From Bryobacterales bacterium (GTDB lineage Bacteria > Acidobacteriota > Terriglobia > Bryobacterales > UBA6623), in the NCBI GenBank assembly GCA_965248365.1, contig CBDFJA010000002.1, forward strand, positions 892,659 through 956,658: a DNA stretch of 64,000 nucleotides, read 5' to 3'. Positions 1-10,822 of this stretch are shown piece after piece (position 1 is the stretch's first letter; the number at the start of each line of letters is the position of its first letter). Made by a program: the position numbers and the translations under genes. A model generated the notes under the pieces. The model searched no databases and was not told the origin of the DNA. It saw only the letters and a program-made list of their open reading frames with translations.

Positions 1-2574
1 GCCTTGACGCGGTTACTCGTCTAATTGGGAACCGTTTCCCTCTTATGTTAGTGATTGCGTTTCTGGGCTTTTGCGGACTCATGTTTTGGCAACTGTCCTT
101 ATTGAAATCAACCGTCAACGAATCCGCGGGCAACGAGCTGTTGCCGGCGTTCACTGTTATGGCCGCGCTGACGGCACTTGTCCTCGCGGGCGTGGGCCTC
201 GTTGTAGCAGGGCTCAGGAAATCATCGCAACAGGCTCAACGTTTGGCCGAGGAAACAGCGCAAACAAGCGAGTTGATTCTCAATTCCGCCGCGGAGGGGA
301 TATTCTGCGTTGACCGAAACGGCCGGATCACGATGGCGAATCCCGCGGCCGCGAAGATGACGCGGTGGGGACTGCCCGAACTGATCGGCGAGGATGCCGG
401 CGCCTTGCTGGGGAAGGATGGGCTGCAGAGTCTTCGCTGCCCTGAGGAAGAGAGTTCCCGCGCTGTCACGGTCCAGGAGACGTCTCCGGGCTCGCTTACA
501 CAGAGTGTCTTTCAGCGAAAAGATGGTACGAGTTTCCACGTAGAGTCTAGATGCGCTCCGATGCCAGGGTCGAGGCGGGGGGATCGTTGTCACCTTCCGG
601 GACATCACCGATCGGATGAGGGTCGAACGAGAGCGGGATCGGTTTCTTGATCTCTCGCTCGACATGTTCTGCGTTGCCGGACTTGACGGTCTCTTCAAGC
701 ACGTGAACCCGGCGTTTGAAAGGGTCCTTTAGGGTTTACATCCGAGGAACTGGTGGCCAAGCCGTTTGTTGAATTCGTTCATCCCGATGACCGGCAGCGA
801 ACCTTGGACGAACTACAAAAGCTTTCCGAGGGTTAGGGACACGGTCAATTTTGAAAACCGATACCGGTGCAAAGACGGATCTTATCGCTGGTTCAGATGG
901 GCCTGTCCGGCGGCTGCACCGGGTGAACCCCTTCTTTACGCTATGGCTCACGACGTTAGCGAGCAAAAGCAGGTCAAAAACCAGTTGGCCGAAGCCAAGG
1001 ATCGTGTCTTAGAAGCGACCCGATTGAAGTCGGAGTTTCTGGCCAATATGAGCCATGAGATCCGCACCCCCATGAACGTCGTCATCGGCATGACCGAGCT
1101 GGCTCTCGACACCGAGCTCGATCGCCAGCAACGGCAGTACCTGGATATGGTAAAAAGCTCGGCCCAGTCCCTGCTGACCATCATCAACGACCTGCTCGAC
1201 TTCTCCAAGATCGAGGCCGGCAAGCTTGATTTCGACGCCGTCACGTTCAATGTGGCGCAGATTCTGAGGGATGTGACGCAGGCCGTAACCCCTCGGGCCC
1301 GCCAGAAGGGATTGACCCTGTCATGCGACGTTCAGCCGGAGATACCCGAAGCGGTGGTCGGCGATCCCTTGCGTCTCCGGCAGGTCGTCCTGAACCTGGT
1401 GAGCAACGCCGTCAAGTTCACCGAGCGGGGTACGGTGGCTGTGCGGGCGGAACTGGATTCGCAGACCACGGATGACGTCCGTGTTCGCTTTGTTGTCGCC
1501 GACACGGGTATAGGGATCGCCGAAGAAGAGCGAGAGCATATTTTTGACACGTTCGTTCAAGTAGACGGGTCCGAGACCCGCCGGTTCTGCGGCACGGGCT
1601 TGGGTCTGACGATCTGCGATCGACTGGTTCAAGGGATGGGCGGTCAAATCACGGTGCAGAGTGAACTGGGAAAAGGAGGCGCCTTTTCCTTCACGGCGCG
1701 GTTTCGTAAACCGACACCTACTGAGGAAAGACGCGTGGAACTCGACCAGCTCAAGGGGCTGCGGGTTATCGTTGTCGATCAGGATCCCGATGCGCGGCGT
1801 CGGATTACCCAAATGCTCGACAGTTGGACCCTGGATGCCGTCGCGGTGGGCAGCTTCCCTTCCGCCTTGCAGGTGATGAAGTGGTCATCGGAGCTGGACC
1901 AGCCCTTCTCGCTGGCCCTGTTTGATGCTGAGTCGCTCAAGAAAAAGGAACCGTCCCAATCCCACGGCCATGAAGAACCTGCTCTCGGATCCCTCCCCAT
2001 CATTGTGATGGGAGAGAAACATCCTGACTCTGAGCAGTTTCGGTGGTTGGAGGCGGCCGCCTACCTATCGAAGCCTGTATCCCAGCCGCGCCTGCTGGAG
2101 GCCGTTTTACGAATCATCGCACCCTCGTTTACGGTTGCGCGAGAGGCCGCCAGGAAGAGCCAACAAGATTTCCAATCGGGTCCCCCACGCAGGTTGAGTA
2201 TCCTGCTGGTGGAAGACGTTTCTGAAAACCAGGCCCTGGCCCAGATTCTGCTTGAAAAACAGGGCCATGCCGTTGTACCGGTTTTGAACGGCAAAGAGGC
2301 GCTGGAAGCGTTTCACAAGCAGAGCTTCGACGTCATCTTGATGGATGTTCAGATGCCCTTGATGGGTGGGATTGAGGCGACCGTCGCGATTCGCGAAAAA
2401 GAAAGGGCGACGGGAATCCACACGCCTATCATCGCCCTGACGGGCCACGCGATGAAGGGTGACCGCGAAAAGTATCTGCGAGCCGGTATGGACGGCTATG
2501 TCTCCAAGCCTATCCGGCGCCAGGAGTTGTTCGATACCATTGGGCAACTGGTTTCCAAGACGCTCCCCACCTGA
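1..2574 (+). CDS. Hybrid sensor histidine kinase (2 TM, 2 PAS, HisKA/HATPase, 2 REC), split by about 3 apparent frameshifts (~575, ~729, ~832); may start upstream of the window
   Basis: ORF 45..650 has TM segments and a PAS domain (NSAAEGIFCVDRNGRITMANPAA). Alternative frames continue IVVTFRDITDR..LSLDMFCVAGLDG..FVHPDD. ORF 766..2574 has the H-box EFLANMSHEIRTPMN, N-box NLVSNAVKFT, G-box GTGLGL and REC ILMDVQMP. The frame is open back to position 3. Confidence 0.88.
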
Positions 2575-2628
2575 CGCCTACGAGATCCTATTTTTGGCGA
2601 AACCCCGGGGGAAAGCCACCCACGGTCC

Positions 2629-2785
2629 AGCCCCGGTAGGGGCGAAGGAAAGAGTGATCCATGTAGTGATTTGCAGGTCTTCCCGCGCCCCTACCGGGGC
2701 TTGTTTAAGTCTGCGTAGGGAACCCACGGTTCCGCCTAACGGCTCCACGGTGGGCTAGCATCCTGTGCCCCCTTCGGGGGCTAAA
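2629..2785. repeat. REP-like palindromic element, family A (copy 1)
   Basis: Perfect 16-bp inverted pair agccccggtaggggcg (2629-2644) / cgcccctaccggggct (2686-2701). 2680-2785 matches the reverse complement of 10691-10793. Lies between convergent genes. Confidence 0.8.
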
Positions 2786-2812
2786 GACGTTCTTAACTAA
2801 CGAGTATTAGGG

Positions 2813-4252
2813 TTAGCCCTCGGAATCCGCCTCTCCCTCCGATGCCGAGTCTTCGGATTCCTCTTCCTCGCGCGGCAACTCCTGGATCGCCCGATGGATC
2901 TCCTGGGCCGCGCTCTCCTCTACCTCGTAAGTCGTGGGCTGGTTCTCGCGAGCCGCGTAGACCCGCTCATTCGAGACCGCGCTGATGAGCACTTTTTCGG
3001 ATGACCCACCATCGGCAACCTTCACCTCGGCCTCGATCGCCGGCTGGTCGAGCCCGTATTGGCTTTGATCCGCTGCATCATCCGAGGGGAAACCAGTCGC
3101 CGCAAGGCTGCGAAGGCTGTCAATCACGGTCTGCACCTTTTCCGAATCAAGCTCCCGATCGCCTTCTGAAGAAAGCACCCACTTCTCGTCTTTCTTCTCC
3201 ACCCGCAAGCGAGTATCGCCTTCGCGCAAAGCGAGGGCGGCGATCTCCTTGAATCCGAAATCGAACAATTTATTGTTCCGGAAATCCTCGAGCGGCTTGT
3301 CAAGGCCCTCGGCCATCGTCGAGGAGACCTCGTAGACGCCGCCGAGGTCCGAGCTTTTGGCGTAGTAGCTGTCGTCGGTGGATTTCGCGATCGTCAGCGT
3401 GTGGGCCCCGGCTTCGTCGACGATCTCGGCGACAGCGAACGGCCGCCGAAAGCGATACTTCCCGGAAGGGTCGCCTTCTTCTTCGAGGACGGAAACCATC
3501 TCCGCCGTGCGCACTGAGCGCACCACATCCCCGACCGCAAAATTGTCCGCCCGCACGGGCTGGGGCTTCAGAATCTGCCAGCGATCGTCTCCGCTCTTGC
3601 CGAATTCGACGGAACGCCGGCCGACGCTGACGGTGACCCTCGAAATCTTGTCCTCATCCACCTGCAGGAGTTTCTTGTCCCGCAGGTCGAAGATCTCTTT
3701 TTCAAAGCCGCTCTTGACATAGCTGAAGACGGTGAACAGGCGTGATTCGCCTTCCAGGCGAGCGTAGACGCCCGCACCCGTCGGCGTGTCGTTCCCGAAT
3801 ACAACGCGGTAGGTTTTTTGCGCGGCTCTTTCTTCCTCCGCTTCTTTTTCGTCCTCTTCGCCGTCGCCCGGTTGTTCCTGCTTGACTACGGCGGTAACTT
3901 CGAGCGCGCCCGCCCCATCGAGCCCGTAGGGGGCCCAGTTTCGAACCTGCTGATCGACAAGCCGGTCGGCGTTCATCGAAGCGAGGTTCGAGATCATCGT
4001 GTTGACGGGTGATTCGCCGACCGGGAAGGTGTATGGCTCGCCGAACCGCCATTCGCCGTCTTCGCCGCGTTCGAGGGTAATGGCGTCCTTGCGAGGCCGG
4101 GAAATCGTTACTCGGACGATGTCGTCCTCCTCGACCGAGATGATCTCCGGCTTCTGCTCACCGGTTTCCGGAGGATTCTCTTCGGTGTACCAAACCAGCG
4201 CGACCAAAACGGCGAGGACCACGAAGGCGATGACGAGGGGTGCGGGTTTCAC
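2813..4252 (-). CDS. DUF4340-domain membrane-anchored protein (Gld-like ABC operon)
   Basis: N-terminal TM, repeated units with YGL..P and DLRDKKL/DFRNNKL motifs, last gene of a gldA/F/G-like operon. Confidence 0.8.
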   Translation of the reverse strand: MKPAPLVIAFVVLAVLVALVWYTEENPPETGEQKPEIISVEEDDIVRVTISRPRKDAITLERGEDGEWRFGEPYTFPVGESPVNTMISNLASMNADRLVDQQVRNWAPYGLDGAGALEVTAVVKQEQPGDGEEDEKEAEEERAAQKTYRVVFGNDTPTGAGVYARLEGESRLFTVFSYVKSGFEKEIFDLRDKKLLQVDEDKISRVTVSVGRRSVEFGKSGDDRWQILKPQPVRADNFAVGDVVRSVRTAEMVSVLEEEGDPSGKYRFRRPFAVAEIVDEAGAHTLTIAKSTDDSYYAKSSDLGGVYEVSSTMAEGLDKPLEDFRNNKLFDFGFKEIAALALREGDTRLRVEKKDEKWVLSSEGDRELDSEKVQTVIDSLRSLAATGFPSDDAADQSQYGLDQPAIEAEVKVADGGSSEKVLISAVSNERVYAARENQPTTYEVEESAAQEIHRAIQELPREEEESEDSASEGEADSEG

Positions 4253-4315
4253 GATGGTCGCTCCGAAGTGCGACAGGCAGTCTTGCTTCGCAATGGCGCC
4301 CGGGCGCCTACGCCC

Positions 4316-5791
4316 TCAGCGGCGCTTCCACCAGACGCGAATCCCGGCAATGATGATCACGAGAGGAATGCCCACGACAGTGCCAAAAAACAGACGCCTC
4401 ATGTCCGCTCCGGTCAGGTTCAGGGGAGTATTGTCGGGGTCCCTGGGTCGAATGGAAATCAGATCCTCGTCCGAACTGAGCCAGTTGAGCATATTCAGGA
4501 ATAAGTCTACATTTCCGCCGCGACCGATGTAATTGTTGCGGACGAATAGCGACGTCCCGACGACCACGATGCGGCCCTGCTTTTCTTCGTCATCCGCTTG
4601 GGCCTCGTCCTCGCTGTTCTCAGAGTCCGTTTCGTCTCCGCCGACTTCCTCTTCATCGTTTTTGTCGGCCTCATCGTTTTCGTCGTCCGGAACGTCGTAG
4701 GTTGCCGCCACCGCCAAGGAAATCGGACCTTCCCGTTCCTTGTCGGGGTCGCGGATGACCTCGTCTTCTTCCGGGGAGAAAGCCTCCGACGCGAAACTGC
4801 CCGCCGTCGTGCTAAACAGCTTGTCCACCGTCCAACCGTCGGGGACATCACCGCTTTCAACACTGCGGACCAACGGGAAGAACGTCGCGACGTTACCCAT
4901 CGCCTCCGACACCGGATGGGATTCATAGGCTCCGACGAGAGGAGCCAGCGGCCCCATGCCGAAAAATTGGCCAACGCCCGAGAGGTCGATCACGACGTCG
5001 CTGTTGACCTTGACGCCCCAGGAACCGAGCAACTCCACTAGCCGCGGACTCTTATCGTGGTCCAGCAGAAACAGCGTTCGCCCGCCATTCTCGACGTAGG
5101 ACTTCAGAACATCGATCTCCGGCTCAAAGTATTCTTTGTCCGGACCGGCCACTAGCAGTAAAGTGCAATCGTCCGGCACCCGGGGGTTTTCCAAAAGCGA
5201 CACGGTCTTGGTCTGGTAGTTCGCGTCTTCGATCTGACCTTTCGCTGAAGAGAAACCCTGGCGCTCGGAATCATCTCCCTCCGCTTCGCCATGACCCGTA
5301 AGAAAGCAGGCCGTCTTTTCCTCTCCCTTGATGACGCGGATGATGGCGTTGGTGACGTCCTCTTCGTCTGTTGAGCCGGCTTCTTCGCGGTTGCCCGCCA
5401 TCTCGACGAAAACCGCTCCGTACGTCCGCACGTTCATGGCCTGGGCCAGGTCGGGCTTGCTGTCGGGATCAATGTAGTCGACGGACACGTGGTGCGAAAC
5501 GTTTTCATAGCGCACCAACTTGTCCCTGGGCGCCATGCCGCCCGCCGCGGTTTGATCAAACCGCCCGGCCTGATCGAAATAGTAGATTTTCAGATCTTGG
5601 TCGAGATCCCCAAGGATCTTGACCGTCTGATCGGAGAGGCTATACAGCCTGTTTTCCGTAGCGTCGTACGTCTTGTTGTAGCGGTCGGCGAGGTAATTGG
5701 CTGCCGCTAGGATAGCCAATGCGACGGCCGAATACACCACCATGTAAGCGCCGTGTTTGGTTTGCCTTGTCTTCAGCCGGCCGAGCAACAT
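4316..5791 (-). CDS. GldG-family ABC transporter auxiliary component
   Basis: DATENRLYSLSDQT, FLTGHGE, GNVDLFLNMLNWL motifs; C-terminal TM ending WWKRR. Confidence 0.88.
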   Translation of the reverse strand: MLLGRLKTRQTKHGAYMVVYSAVALAILAAANYLADRYNKTYDATENRLYSLSDQTVKILGDLDQDLKIYYFDQAGRFDQTAAGGMAPRDKLVRYENVSHHVSVDYIDPDSKPDLAQAMNVRTYGAVFVEMAGNREEAGSTDEEDVTNAIIRVIKGEEKTACFLTGHGEAEGDDSERQGFSSAKGQIEDANYQTKTVSLLENPRVPDDCTLLLVAGPDKEYFEPEIDVLKSYVENGGRTLFLLDHDKSPRLVELLGSWGVKVNSDVVIDLSGVGQFFGMGPLAPLVGAYESHPVSEAMGNVATFFPLVRSVESGDVPDGWTVDKLFSTTAGSFASEAFSPEEDEVIRDPDKEREGPISLAVAATYDVPDDENDEADKNDEEEVGGDETDSENSEDEAQADDEEKQGRIVVVGTSLFVRNNYIGRGGNVDLFLNMLNWLSSDEDLISIRPRDPDNTPLNLTGADMRRLFFGTVVGIPLVIIIAGIRVWWKRR

Positions 5792-5806
5792 ATCCGTTTG
5801 TCCCGA

Positions 5807-6568
5807 CTACGATCTCCAACGCAGCGATTCCAAGGACCGCTTGCTCAGAAAGAGGCCCAACCCAATCGCCGAAACGTAATAGATCACGTCTTTCAACTCG
5901 ATCACGCCCTTGGAAAACTGCTGGAAATGGGGAGCGATCGCGAGGTATTTGCAGAGCTTGCCAACCGTGGATGTGCTGTATGCGTTCACCCAATCAAGCA
6001 CATAAAGCAGCAGAAACAGCCCAAATGTCACCGCGCCCGCGACGATCTGGTTGCTCGTCAACGATGAAATAAAGGCCCCTAACGCCAGGAAGGTGCCGCC
6101 CATGAGAAGCAAGCCCAAGTACGCAACCAGCAGTGCCCGCCAGTCCGGCTCGCTGTAAACGAAAAGGATGGACAGGTTCAGAACCGACAGGCCCAACATG
6201 GCGCCATACAGGAACATGGCGGCTAACCACTTCCCCAAAATGATCTCGTAGTCCCGAACGGGCGATGTCAAGAGAAGTTCCATCGTGCCGCTGCGTTTTT
6301 CTTCCGCGAAAAGCCGCATGGTGATCATGGGGGAGAGGAACAGCAAAATAATGCTGAAATTGCCGAACGTCGGCTGAATGACGAACTGGTCGATGTTCAT
6401 CGGTCCCATCCCCGGCTGGGTCCGGCCGCTGAACTGGACGAAGATCGCCACCGCGGTGAAAAAGAAGTAGCCGAAAATCACGGCGAATATCGCCAGCAAA
6501 ATATAGGCGATTGGCGAAACGAAATAGGAGTTGATCTCTCGTCGAGCAAGAGTCCAAACGTTTCTCAC
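5807..6568 (-). CDS. ABC-2 permease (GldF-like)
   Basis: REINSYFVSPIAY, MRLFAEEKRSGTMELLLTSPV; 6 TM. Confidence 0.9.
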   Translation of the reverse strand: MRNVWTLARREINSYFVSPIAYILLAIFAVIFGYFFFTAVAIFVQFSGRTQPGMGPMNIDQFVIQPTFGNFSIILLFLSPMITMRLFAEEKRSGTMELLLTSPVRDYEIILGKWLAAMFLYGAMLGLSVLNLSILFVYSEPDWRALLVAYLGLLLMGGTFLALGAFISSLTSNQIVAGAVTFGLFLLLYVLDWVNAYSTSTVGKLCKYLAIAPHFQQFSKGVIELKDVIYYVSAIGLGLFLSKRSLESLRWRS

Positions 6569-7605
6569 GAGTTGCTGTCCCCTTCTTCTGTTGCGGCAGC
6601 GTTGCTTGCCGGCGTCTCGCCTTCGACGTCGGCTTCCTCCGTCCCCTCGCCGCTCGCTTCTCGCGCCGGTTCTTGGTCCGAACCCGTTAACTTCAAGAAG
6701 ACTTCTTCCAAGCTCAACCCAATTGACTTCAACTCAAACAGCCCCCAACCCGATTCCACCACGGCGCGCGCCAGCGATATCCGGATCGCGGGGTCTTTGC
6801 CCGTTTCGACTTCCCACGACATTCGCCCCCCGTGCCCGTTGGCCCGAGCGACGCGAGTAACTCCCTCAACCGACTCCAATTTTTCCCGCACCTGATCGGC
6901 GGGGCCGTCGACCTCCACCAGCAGCGTGTCGTGCCCCTGTAGGCGCGAGGTCAAGTTTTCAGGCGTGTCGCTGGCCTCCAGCTTGCCTTCGTTGATGATG
7001 ATGACCCGGCTGCAGGTCGTCGAAACTTCCGGCAGAATGTGGGTGCTCAGGATGATCGTGTGCTCGCCGCTCAGTTCATGGATCAGGCGGCGGACGTCAA
7101 TGATCTGTTTCGGATCGAGCCCCGCCGTCGGCTCATCAAGAATCAACACATCGGGATTGTGGATCAGCGCCTGCGCCAGACCCACCCGTTGCCGATAGCC
7201 CTTTGAAAGCTGACCGTTGAGTTTTTGCCGAACTTTGCCGATCGCGCAGCGCTCGACCACTCCATTCACCCGCGAAGCGATCTCGTTGCGCGCAATACCC
7301 TTTAGGCGCGCGACGAATCGCAGGTAGTCGAGCACCTCCATTTCGGGGTAGAGAGGCGGCGTCTCCGGAAGGTAGCCGATCCGCTTCTTCACCTCGAGCG
7401 GATGATCGAGAACGTCATAGCCGGCCACGCTCGCGGTTCCTTCGGTCGGCGGCAGAAAACACGTCAGGATGCGCATCGTCGTGGTCTTCCCGGCGCCATT
7501 AGGGCCTAGAAATCCCACGATCTCGCCCTTTCCCACCTCGAAGCTGATGTTGCGGACGGCTACGGTGGGACCGTAGCGCTTCGTGAGACCCTCGACCTTG
7601 ATCAT
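6565..7605 (-). CDS. ABC transporter ATP-binding protein (GldA-like)
   Basis: Walker [10 protein letters not shown], signature LSKGYRQR, Walker B ILDEPT. Confidence 0.93.
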   Translation of the reverse strand: MIKVEGLTKRYGPTVAVRNISFEVGKGEIVGFLGPNGAGKTTTMRILTCFLPPTEGTASVAGYDVLDHPLEVKKRIGYLPETPPLYPEMEVLDYLRFVARLKGIARNEIASRVNGVVERCAIGKVRQKLNGQLSKGYRQRVGLAQALIHNPDVLILDEPTAGLDPKQIIDVRRLIHELSGEHTIILSTHILPEVSTTCSRVIIINEGKLEASDTPENLTSRLQGHDTLLVEVDGPADQVREKLESVEGVTRVARANGHGGRMSWEVETGKDPAIRISLARAVVESGWGLFELKSIGLSLEEVFLKLTGSDQEPAREASGEGTEEADVEGETPASNAAATEEGDSNS

Positions 7606-7868
7606 GGCTAAACGGGGACGGTTACAACAGATAGGACACTATACACTGAATGGTGGCGCTGCGTGTTGGTATGAGTCGGCAAAGAAATCATTTTCCATCG
7701 AGATCATAGTTTTGTCAACGGCCTGGATGCCTGTCCCGAGGCCCTGTACTACTATCTTGGAGTTTCTTCCCGCGGCGCGACGATTCCTCATGCCAGATTC
7801 GGTCGCGGCTCCGCCCCGCTGTGTACTCTCGGTCGCGACCCTCCAGTCGCCAAACCCTTGTCTCCGGC

Positions 7869-9674
7869 TCATGTTTCGTCGCTGACCCGGAGAACGGCCA
7901 GAAACGCTTCTTGGGGAATGTCGACCCGCCCGACGCGCTTCATTCGCCGCTTGCCCTCTTTTTGCCTGTCGAGTAGTTTGCGTTTGCGTGTGATGTCGCC
8001 ACCGTAACACTTGGCCAGCACGTTCTTGCGGATGGCCGGGATATTCTCGCGGGCCACGATCTTGTTCCCGATGCCAGCCTGCAAGGCCACCTCAAACATC
8101 TGTCGCGGGATCAGTTTCCGCATCCGCTCAATCAGCGTTTTCCCCCGGCCGTGCGCTTGGTCGCCGTGCACAATCACGCTCAAGGCGTCGACCGGCTCGC
8201 CGGCCACCATGATGTCGAGCTTGACCATCGGGGACACCCAGTATCCGGAAAAATGATAATCCACCGATGCGTACCCGCGCGAAACCGTCTTCAGCCGGTC
8301 GTAGAAATCGAGCACGATTTCATTGAGTGGAACCTGATACTTGAGCACGACGCGACTGCCCGTGACGTACTCGAAACTCTCCTGCACCCCGCGCTTGTCC
8401 TCGAACAGTTTCAGAATCCCGCCCAGGTAGTCGTCGGGCGTGATCACGGTCACCAAAAAAACGGGCTCTTCCGTCGATGCGATGGTTGGCGGCGCGGGCC
8501 ATCGGCTGGGGTTATCCACCTCGGTAATGGAGCCGTCGGTCAAGGTAACCCGGTAGCGGACGCCCGGGGCCGTGGTGATCAGCTCGAGGTCGAACTCCCG
8601 CTCCAGCCTTTCCTGGACGATTTCCAAGTGCAGCAATCCGAGAAATCCGCAGCGAAAGCCAAAGCCCAGGGCCACCGAGCTTTCCGGCTCGAAAACAAAC
8701 GAGCGATCGTTGAGCTGCAGCTTCTCGAGGGCTTCGCGCAATAGCTGATGCGCGTGCGATTCAACCGGATATAAGCCCGCGAAAACCATCGGCTTCGTTT
8801 CTTCGAAGCCCCCCAGAGATTCCCCAGCCATCTCGGCGTCGTCGCAAATCGTGTCCCCGATCTTCGTCTCGGTTACGTTTTTGATGTTGGCGATCAGCCA
8901 TCCGACTTCGCCGGTTTTTAACTCGTCGCAAGCCAGCGGTTTTGGGGTGCGATAGCCCAAGTCCTCCACCGTGTACGCCCGGCCGGTTGACCAGAATCTC
9001 ACCTGCATGCCCTTGCGGAGCGCGCCGTCCACTACGCGCGCCAAGATAACCACCCCCCGGTAGGCGTCGTACCAAGAATCAAACAACAACGCTCGCAGGG
9101 GCTGGTCGGGCGACCCCGCCGGAGGAGGAACCCTTTGGACGATGGCCTCAAGAATTTCAGGAGCGCCGTCACCCGATTTGGCGCTCACGAGCATCGTCTC
9201 ATCGGCATTGAGCCCCACAGTCTCGTGAATTTCCTGGCGGACTCGGTCGGGCTCCGCCGCCGGCAGGTCGATCTTGTTGATGACCGGGATAAGTTCCAGA
9301 TTGTGCTCGATGGCTAAATAGGCATTGGCCAGCGTTTGCGCCTCGACACCCTGGGAGGCGTCGACCACCAGCAGCGCCCCCTCGCAAGCCGCCAAGCTGC
9401 GCGAGACTTCGTAGGAGAAATCCACGTGTCCGGGCGTGTCGATCAGGTTGAGTTGATAGGAGTTGCCGTCCTGAGCCGTGTAGTTCAGCCGCACGGCCTG
9501 CGCTTTGATGGTGATACCGCGCTCGCGCTCGAGGTCCATCGTATCGAGCACTTGCTGTTTCATTTCCCGCTGCGAGACCGTGCCGGTTAACTCGAGCAGG
9601 CGGTCGGCAAGCGTCGATTTGCCGTGATCAATATGAGCAATGATCGAAAAATTTCGGATGAATGAGGGGTCCAT
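7869..9674 (-). CDS. lepA: Translation elongation factor 4
   Basis: [44 protein letters not shown]; ATG at 9674 preferred. Confidence 0.98.
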   Translation of the reverse strand: MDPSFIRNFSIIAHIDHGKSTLADRLLELTGTVSQREMKQQVLDTMDLERERGITIKAQAVRLNYTAQDGNSYQLNLIDTPGHVDFSYEVSRSLAACEGALLVVDASQGVEAQTLANAYLAIEHNLELIPVINKIDLPAAEPDRVRQEIHETVGLNADETMLVSAKSGDGAPEILEAIVQRVPPPAGSPDQPLRALLFDSWYDAYRGVVILARVVDGALRKGMQVRFWSTGRAYTVEDLGYRTPKPLACDELKTGEVGWLIANIKNVTETKIGDTICDDAEMAGESLGGFEETKPMVFAGLYPVESHAHQLLREALEKLQLNDRSFVFEPESSVALGFGFRCGFLGLLHLEIVQERLEREFDLELITTAPGVRYRVTLTDGSITEVDNPSRWPAPPTIASTEEPVFLVTVITPDDYLGGILKLFEDKRGVQESFEYVTGSRVVLKYQVPLNEIVLDFYDRLKTVSRGYASVDYHFSGYWVSPMVKLDIMVAGEPVDALSVIVHGDQAHGRGKTLIERMRKLIPRQMFEVALQAGIGNKIVARENIPAIRKNVLAKCYGGDITRKRKLLDRQKEGKRRMKRVGRVDIPQEAFLAVLRVSDET

Positions 9675-9751
9675 CGAGAGGGCGACTGCGGGCACAAAGA
9701 TGCTAGCTCCACGCTAGCAGCAGCGCCGAAAGGGTGTCAATTTGGGCTGTC

Positions 9752-9940
9752 TCAAGCGCCGCTCGGCACGAGCCGTTTCAGTTCTTCAGACCAGTTCTCG
9801 ACGACGATGATTTGCTCCGGTGCGGATTCATCCTTACCGTAATCGGCTGGTTTCAACAGCACAAACCGTCGGCCGTCGGGGGCAATGTCATAGTTTCGAA
9901 AGGAGCTTCCCGTGAACAAGACCTCGGGGCGACCATGGGT
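9752..9940 (-). pseudogene. Orphan C-terminal remnant of a Ser/Thr kinase / TolB-like beta-propeller protein
   Basis: PEVLFTGSSFRNYDIAPDGRRFVLLKP...QIIVVENWSEELKRLVP resembles the usual C-terminus of these proteins; its upstream part is replaced by REP palindromes. Confidence 0.7.
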
Positions 9941-9950
9941 GAAGCCACCG

Positions 9951-10019
9951 GGGGCGTGGCAAGCTGCGTCCCTACTACTTCCCGACCGGTCGCCGACGTG
10001 GGCACGGCATGCCGTGCCC
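9951..10019. repeat. GTAG-type REP pair
   Basis: Minus strand GTAGGGACGCAGCTTGCCACGCCCC (9951-9975) and perfect palindrome gggcacggcatgccgtgccc (10000-10019), similar to the 26440/31639 copies. Confidence 0.65.
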
Positions 10020-10029
10020 GCAACACTTG

Positions 10030-10623
10030 CTAGCGCTCGACCACGATCTCGGCGCTCCCGGCCTCCAAGTATTCGAGCTGCCCGGCAAGACCCGAATACT
10101 TGAGCAACCCGGCGTGCGCTTGCAAGCGGCGAATGGTTTCGATCGAAAGCGGCGCCCCATAGACGTCGGCGCGATCGGAGTAGGAGTAGCGAAGATAGCT
10201 CGGAGGGCAAGCTTCAAGAGCCGGAATCAGGATCTCCCAAAAGCTCTGCTTCTTAAACCAGCGCCGCCCCGAAGCCGCCTCGCGCGTCAATTCGAGGGAC
10301 CCGCGCAGGCCCTTGAGCGTCACCGACCGGCACTTGGCCGCTTCGAACGAACGCTCCGGCTGGGGATCCGGAAAACCCTCCAACAGAGAACGCAGCTCAC
10401 CCTCCGCCGCCTCGATCGGCGGCCAGCGATAGCGGGCCGATCCGGCGACGAAGCTGCCTCTGGACAGGATTTCGCGAATCCTACGGGCGTCCTTGCCCGT
10501 GACGCCGAGGATCTGCTCCACCAGCTCGGCAAGCGGCATCTCCCGTTTGGCGACCGGGGTGATGTTGACGTAGCCCGCCGCTTCGGAGCTGATCTTGGTG
10601 GGAACGATGTCGGGCAGAGCCAA
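10030..10623 (-). CDS. Hypothetical protein
   Basis: 197-aa protein-like ORF; TG.TAGCAT extended -10-like motif just upstream. Confidence 0.7.
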   Translation of the reverse strand: MALPDIVPTKISSEAAGYVNITPVAKREMPLAELVEQILGVTGKDARRIREILSRGSFVAGSARYRWPPIEAAEGELRSLLEGFPDPQPERSFEAAKCRSVTLKGLRGSLELTREAASGRRWFKKQSFWEILIPALEACPPSYLRYSYSDRADVYGAPLSIETIRRLQAHAGLLKYSGLAGQLEYLEAGSAEIVVER

Positions 10624-10690
10624 GGCTTCCGAATGCTACCAGATGGGCTGCCGGCGATGCTTGGCCTCAATGTTCGTTAGTTCAAGCCGG

Positions 10691-10793
10691 TTCAGCCCCG
10701 GAGGGGCATAGGATAGTAGCCCACGGTGGAGCCCTAAGGGGGAACCGTGGGTGAAATGGCAGATTCGGCAAAGCCCCGCTAGGGCGCGGGAAA
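10691..10793. repeat. REP-like element family A (copy 2, inverted relative to copy 1)
   Basis: agccccggaggggcataggatagtagcccacggtggagccctaagggggaaccgtggg aligns with the reverse complement of 2720-2785. Confidence 0.8.
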
Positions 10794-10822
10794 ACGCGGT
10801 AGTTGGGGACTACGCCCATTCT

